A stretch of DNA of 63,843 nucleotides, the filler included, from Fonticula-like sp. SCN 57-25 (taxonomy: Eukaryota), in NCBI GenBank assembly GCA_001724245.1. It is 5 parts of 5 records of this genome, joined end to end, with 100 filler letters (N's around TTAATTAATTAA, not from the genome) between each part and the next. Parts side by side here need not be neighbours in the genome. Positions count along the whole stretch, not along the records: positions 51,573 to 63,843 come from MEDX01000189.1; 4 more parts are not named here. One strand, written 5' to 3'. Of this stretch, positions 58,671 through 63,843 are shown piece by piece. A program made the translations under genes and the position numbers. The notes under the pieces were generated by a model. That model made no database searches. It was not told where the DNA came from and saw nothing but the letters and a program-made list of their open reading frames with translations. Positions within the stretch are counted from its first letter, which is position 1. Each line of letters starts with the position of its first letter.

Positions 58671-59596
58671 CTATTTCGTGTACTTCCACCTGAGCGAGAG
58701 CCCAGCCACAGACGACACCGACCCCGCCACGGCCACCGCGATCGGCGGCACCGGGCTGCTCTTGAGCGACCAGTGCACCGCCATGAGCAGGTCGCACGCG
58801 TTCGTCACGTACTTTAGCGCGACGTCGCTGATCTGCCCGCTGATCGCCTCCCTCTCGCGCGCCCGCTGCTCGTCCGTCATGCTGAGCGGCTGCGAATACT
58901 TGCTGCGCTCGATCGCCGCCTTCCGCCGCAGAATATCGCGCATCTTGAGAGAGTCCATGATCATGTCGGCCACAATGTACGCCAGCCAGGCAATGCAAGA
59001 GTACCGCGAGCTCTCATCCCGCGCGTGATCCGACATTTTGATCACCTTGTGAAGGGCAAGCCAGTAAACATTGTCCAGGGGGTAGTAGACCACCATGCTC
59101 CATGCCTGCACAAAGCCAAGAATATTCACAAGGCGGCCCTCGGGCGTCGTCGCGGGGGTGAGCGTGCGGTGATAGTCGAGCACGCCATCGGCGGTCGCCA
59201 GCATGCCGGTAAGGCGGAGCACCATACGCGCATCGAGCAGGGGGGCGACGAGGCGGCCGAGGCGGACAGAAAGCTCATTGTCGCCGAAACGGCGCTTCAA
59301 GTACCAGTCAAGCACGCGCACAGTGTACACGACCGTGCGAAAGATCTAGGGATCCCGGGTGAGAAGGGCGACACAGGGTCGGTGACAGGGCGATGCCGTA
59401 CCTTGTCGGATCCGCCGACGCTCGACGCAAACTTGACGAGGCGCGAGAGAACGGGGGCATCGGGCACTTCGGATGAAACCATCGTGCGCTCAGTCCGGCG
59501 GCGCGTCTTTGTGCTGCGCGCGCCCGAAGAAGCAGAGGAGGATGTCCGCGGGGTCGACGGCGTCAAGGGGGGATCAGCCGATGCGGCCGTGCTCAT
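58671..59596 (-). CDS. PEX11: Peroxisomal membrane protein PEX11 family
   Basis: LVKFASSVGGSDK, ARMVLRL.G, YYPLDNVYWL, NACDLLMAVHW, GSVSSVAGL...W. One intron. Confidence 0.85.
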
Positions 59597-59869
59597 CACG
59601 CTCGCAAAACTGTTTTCACCAGGTTTTCACGACGTGCTAGTCACGTGACTATATTGCAATGCAAACTGACCACATTTACTGGAGGGGCAGCGTGGTCATG
59701 GGGCCGGATTCCACCCTTAACTGTCGTGACAACAACGCCGTCGGTGCGGCAGCAAAGCGTCGCGGACGTCCATCACCTGCAGCAAGGCGGGATCTAGGGG
59801 AGCCCCGGCAGGAATACCAAGGAAAAGCGCGAGCGCACAGTTGTTGACGGCTGGTGCTGAGCTTGAGCA

Positions 59870-60997
59870 ATGTCGCAGGCGAGTGAGTATCTGTTCAAGA
59901 CGCTCGTGATTGGCGATCCCGGCTGTGGTATGCGTGATCGGAATCAGTGCTCTTTCGCCGACGATGCTAACCGCGTGGGGATGCGCCATAGGCAAGTCGT
60001 CTATTATCCGCCAGTATGTAAGCGGCGACTTTAAGGCCGGCTACCTCTTCACCATTGGCGGTACGCATGATGCCTGGTGGCCTTCATCGGTCTCTCACCC
60101 GTCTGTGATCCCAGTCGACTTTGCGCTCAAGGTCATCGACATGGGCAAGAACCAGGAGGTAAAACTTCAAGTACGCACAACACTTTTTAACGGTCTTTTG
60201 TATTAACACGCTCTCTAGTTGTGGGATGTTGCCGGTACGATCATTTTTCACTATCCCGATCCCGATCTCGATCTCTCTTGTGCCTCGCTCACCATGTCCC
60301 TGCAGGGCAAGAGCGTTTTAACCAGATGACGCGCGTCTACTACAAGGAAGCGAACGCATGTATTATTGTTTTTGACATTACCCAGAGGCGGACGTTCCAG
60401 AACGTGACGAAATGGAAGAATGATCTCGACTCCAAGGTGCACTTGCCAAACGGCAAGACCGTCCCGTGCATTCTCCTCGCCAACAAGGTACGCTCATAAA
60501 CAGTGAAAGTGAAGGAAATGAGGGAAAGTGAAGGAAAGTGAAGGAAAGGGGAAAGTACACGTATTTTTATTGATTGTCATGCGCGAGTTGCTGTTGCCGT
60601 GACGGCAAGTCAATGTCAATGTCACACAATTCTGTGACATACTTATGTGTTTTTTGTCTTTTAGTGCAAACTGAATCCATTTTGCACACACACCTCTTTC
60701 AATTTTCGTTTCCTTTCTAACTTTTCCTGCCAGTGCGATCTCAAGACGCGGCCTGTGCCCGACTCTGAGATCGATCAGCTCGTGCAGGATCTCGGCTTTG
60801 TTGCGTGGTTCCCGACGTCTGCCAAGGACAATATCAACATTGACAAAGCGGTGCGGACGCTCGTCACGCGCGTGCTGGAGGAGGGCAGCTTCACGTCGCC
60901 GTCGACGCCGTCGCGGAGTGGCGTCGTAAAGGTCATCGACGACAACAAGGCGCCGATCGCGCAGCCAGAGGACTCGTCGTGCTTTTCGTGCAAATAG
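59870..60997 (+). CDS. Rab32/Rab38/Rab29-family GTPase
   Basis: YLFKTLVIGDPAVGKSS, TIGVDFALK, LWDVAGQERF..MTRVYYKEA, WKNDLDSKVHLPNG..VPCILLANKCD, WFPTSAKDNINI, C-terminal cysteines. Five introns including a 16-nt exon (60219-60234). Confidence 0.9.
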
Positions 60998-61394
60998 GGG
61001 AGACGGGCGGCGCTTTTCTGTCTGATTTATTGTCGTTTTGTATCTATTGAGCCGAATTGTATGCTTCAACTGTACATGCTGAGCGGTGATGGCCACTGGT
61101 GTGGGAGAGTGGGAGGAAAAGAGCCATAAAAAAACAGTAAAAGAATCGGAAATTTAATAGTAGTATTGCTTTTTATGTAGTACATGTTGTGTTGTTTATA
61201 CATTTAATAGTACGAATACTCTTTCCTTAGCTCATGGTACCTGTCCTGCAAGATGGTCCATTTTATGGCAGACATTCCCATGATTCTCACAAAGAAGTGT
61301 TGTGATTGGCTGCTTTCGTCATTGTAGCCAATCAGCTGTTAGATGATGACTGTGCATCTTGCAAACCCCGCGTACGCATTTGCCAACTCTAGGG

Positions 61395-62186
61395 ATGCGG
61401 CGGGCGGTCCTGGAGCTTGAGCGGCGTTTCCGCGTGCTGGACTCGAGCCTTTCGCGCTTATTGCGCCATGAGCCTGTTGCACCCCCCGCCTCCTTTCTCG
61501 ACATCTACTATGACCAGCGCGACACATTCCCGTTGACGCGCAAGAATGTCTGGCTCCGCACACGACATGCGCGCGATGCGCCACCCGAACTCGTATGCAA
61601 GATCCCGCTACAGGGCAGCAGTGCACCCCACTCTGGCGGCATTTCTGTCGAGCTTGAAGATGAGCAGTCGGTGGCTGCGTACTGCCGCCGCGAGCATCTC
61701 TCTGGCGTCGGCCCTGCTTCGACGGCCCGCCTGCCGTCCGTCATCGAGCGGCTCCGGACGGGCATCCCGATGCCGCGGCTCGATGCGTTCTCGGTAATCC
61801 GCACGGAGCGCACGACCTACCACGTTGACGGGACGCACGTTGTTGTAGACAAGGCGACGTTTCACGATGCGCGCGCGTGCTCGCTCGATGGCGGCATCGC
61901 AGCGCTGGTCGAGGCGCCGCTCGATCCCCTGGGGTCGTACTCGATCGGCGAGATTGAGGTGGCGGCCGAGGCCGACGCAAACAAGGAAGCGGACGCCGAC
62001 GTGCAGGCGGGACTGTCGAGGATAGCGCGGGCAGCGGCGGCGCTTGACATTGAGCTTGTCGACGATCTCCCGCCAAAGATCGTCCAGTACCTCTGGCAGA
62101 TCGACCGCAGACACTACGAGACGCTCAGGGAGTGCGACGTCATTAGCCAGACGGCGCATTTGCTTCTTTCGCGCCAGCAAAAATAG
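61395..62186 (+). CDS. THTPA: CYTH-family triphosphatase, thiamine-triphosphatase-like
   Basis: ELERRF (ExExK-like), FLDIYYD..LT..NVWLRTR, TERTTY, VVVD, IGEIEV, KIVQYL....HY..L. Apparently intronless. Confidence 0.8.
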   Translation: MRRAVLELERRFRVLDSSLSRLLRHEPVAPPASFLDIYYDQRDTFPLTRKNVWLRTRHARDAPPELVCKIPLQGSSAPHSGGISVELEDEQSVAAYCRREHLSGVGPASTARLPSVIERLRTGIPMPRLDAFSVIRTERTTYHVDGTHVVVDKATFHDARACSLDGGIAALVEAPLDPLGSYSIGEIEVAAEADANKEADADVQAGLSRIARAAAALDIELVDDLPPKIVQYLWQIDRRHYETLRECDVISQTAHLLLSRQQK

Positions 62187-62421
62187 CAGCTATATACGTT
62201 TTTTGCTGTACATATTATGATCGTTCTGCTCAATACAATTTCGTGTTCTGTTCATCATCAGGCTACTCAAGTGTGATCATATTCAAGTGATATGTAAATG
62301 AATATGGCCATGCTTTTACCTTTTTCTTTATCATAATTTGGTTACTACCTATATTGACACAAACACTTCAACACAATACAAACAATATAATAAACACACA
62401 CACAGGCATTTCCCGCCATTC

Positions 62422-63540
62422 TCAGACGTTGACGCGCTGCCTTCCCGCGAACGCCCTTCCCAAATCCTCAATGTCGGTCGGCGCGCTGGCGCACCCACCG
62501 CTCTCCCTCGTCCAGGTCTCCGGGTAAAACCCGTCCCTCTGAATGAACCCCTCCTCGTCAAAGCCCGCGTCGTCGAGCGCCGCCTGCACGCCAACGTCCA
62601 GAATGGACTGCGTCGGCCGCTTGCTGCTGTCCCTGTTGTCCAGGAAGCGCATCTTTTCGTCGAGGATCAGGTACGAGTTGCGCATAACAGCATTGTCCTC
62701 GGGCTTGATAATGCTTTTAATAAAGACGTCGGCGCGGTGGCGGGCAATGTAGGCGGCAAACTCGTCGTCCGAGATGAGGAAATTCTCGACGTCGCGGCGC
62801 GTGTCGCCGTCCACGTTCTCGCCCTCGACGGACAGGCACTGGAACACCTTCCAGCGCATAAGGCCGGGCAGGCGGCGCAGGTACGGCGTCATGTCCTCGT
62901 TCTTGTTGAAGCTCGTCACGACAGTGTTGAGCTTGAACTGCACGCCGTGGCGCTTGCACGACTCGGCAACGCGCAAGGCAATTTCAAACTGCGTCTCACG
63001 AGGAGATGATGAGCTCAGGCGGGACTTGGAAAAGCGGCCAATGTTCTTGTTTGTGTCGTCGTCGAAAGAGTCGCATGAGATGGCGATAATGTCGACGTAC
63101 TTTCCGTACTGCGCGAGCCACGCGTCCTGGATCATGGAGCCGTTCGAGACGATTGAGACAGACTCGAGGCGGAGATCATCCTTGCAGTACGCGCAGAGGC
63201 TGCCGAGGAAGCGGCGCGAAGAGTCGGAGAGGAAGGGCTCGCCGCCGGAAAAGTTGATCTTGCGCATGCCGGCGAGCTTGAGGTGAAGCAGGCCGCGCTT
63301 GGCATCCTCAAGAGGAAGCATGGAGGTTTTCTTGCCGCTGCCGTCATCGGCAAACTTGTCCGTGTGGAAGCAAAAGCCGCAGCCGTAGTTGCACTGGCGC
63401 AGAAAGTGGTAGTTGACAGACACGGGGCGGCCGCGCTCGAGAGGCAATGCGGATGGGCGGCGGCGGCGGAGGCGGATGGCGATCAGGGCAACAGCAGCAA
63501 GGCACGACAGGCCCGCGATGAGCGAAATAGCGATGAACAT
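62422..63540 (-). CDS. RSAD2: Viperin (radical SAM ddhNTP synthase)
   Basis: SVNYHFLRQCNYGCGFCFHT, KINFSGGEPF, SIVSNG, AISCDSF, FKLNTVV, RWKVFQCL, MRNSYLILDEKMRFL, RDGFY. N-terminal hydrophobic anchor. Intronless. Confidence 0.96.
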   Translation of the reverse strand: MFIAISLIAGLSCLAAVALIAIRLRRRRPSALPLERGRPVSVNYHFLRQCNYGCGFCFHTDKFADDGSGKKTSMLPLEDAKRGLLHLKLAGMRKINFSGGEPFLSDSSRRFLGSLCAYCKDDLRLESVSIVSNGSMIQDAWLAQYGKYVDIIAISCDSFDDDTNKNIGRFSKSRLSSSSPRETQFEIALRVAESCKRHGVQFKLNTVVTSFNKNEDMTPYLRRLPGLMRWKVFQCLSVEGENVDGDTRRDVENFLISDDEFAAYIARHRADVFIKSIIKPEDNAVMRNSYLILDEKMRFLDNRDSSKRPTQSILDVGVQAALDDAGFDEEGFIQRDGFYPETWTRESGGCASAPTDIEDLGRAFAGRQRVNV

Positions 63541-63717
63541 GGGCGTTGATCCAGAGAGAGATGTGCGAAAAGTGCGTAATGGCCCGTAGAGAGAAAGCTT
63601 TTTTCTGCGCCTTTAAATAGTGGCAGACCCATAATTCCTAGTTGGCAGACAGCATCGTTGGGTTGGCAAAATGGCTGCAAAATCGCGTTGCGCAGCCCCT
63701 TTCGATTCTCGAACAGT

Positions 63718-63804
63718 GATTGGCTGCAGATTGGCTGCAACACCAAATGTGAGTGACGGCAATAGAAATGGAAGAACTGGCACACCCTGTCAGTTTGCAC
63801 TTTG
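63718..63804 (-). promoter_or_regulatory. Viperin upstream region: tandem CCAAT boxes and shared 15-mer
   Basis: GATTGGCTGCA x2 at about 63718-63739, and TCAGTTTGCACTTTG at 63790-63804. Confidence 0.45.
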
Positions 63805-63843
63805 TCCACGTGGTCGATGCGCCTTCGTTTCCTCTACACGCTG

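Noticed and set aside
818-60997. Apparent frameshifts or in-frame stops suggesting recoding or an alternative genetic code
   Set aside because: The cases examined are resolved by canonical GT-AG introns.
59870-63540. Rab32-family gene as part of a defence island with viperin
   Set aside because: The Rab is an intron-rich, housekeeping-style gene sharing a promoter with PEX11; nothing beyond proximity supports a link.

Overview
Gene-dense, GC-rich eukaryotic DNA with many short spliceosomal introns (5' GTACG/GTGCG, CTAAC/CTGAC branch point close to the AG). It consists of five contigs of about 12-13 kb joined by artificial N-TTAATTAATTAA-N linkers, so adjacency across gaps means nothing. Gene content and intron style suggest a unicellular opisthokont, possibly an early holomycotan (inference only). 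About 30 protein genes are present, mostly housekeeping. Highlights: (1) a non-coding spliced host gene at 50.3-51.5 kb with five intronic box C/D snoRNAs (SNORD19-, snR41- and snR70/U43-like plus two apparently new LSU guides) and an AG|GT zero-length exon; (2) an intronless viperin (RSAD2) tail-to-tail with an intronless CYTH triphosphatase; (3) a Crinkler-like Ubl-REase-kinase gene; (4) a tandemly duplicated single-pass receptor with about 21 HRM-like repeats, FN3 domains and two PPxY motifs, with a 503-bp non-autonomous hAT element (8-bp TSD) and a PC4 pseudogene at the junction; (5) shared promoter motifs, very short bidirectional promoters and a C-to-G compositional gradient along exons. 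Exon coordinates were read by eye. rRNA target sequences and numbering are recalled from yeast and human, not searched.
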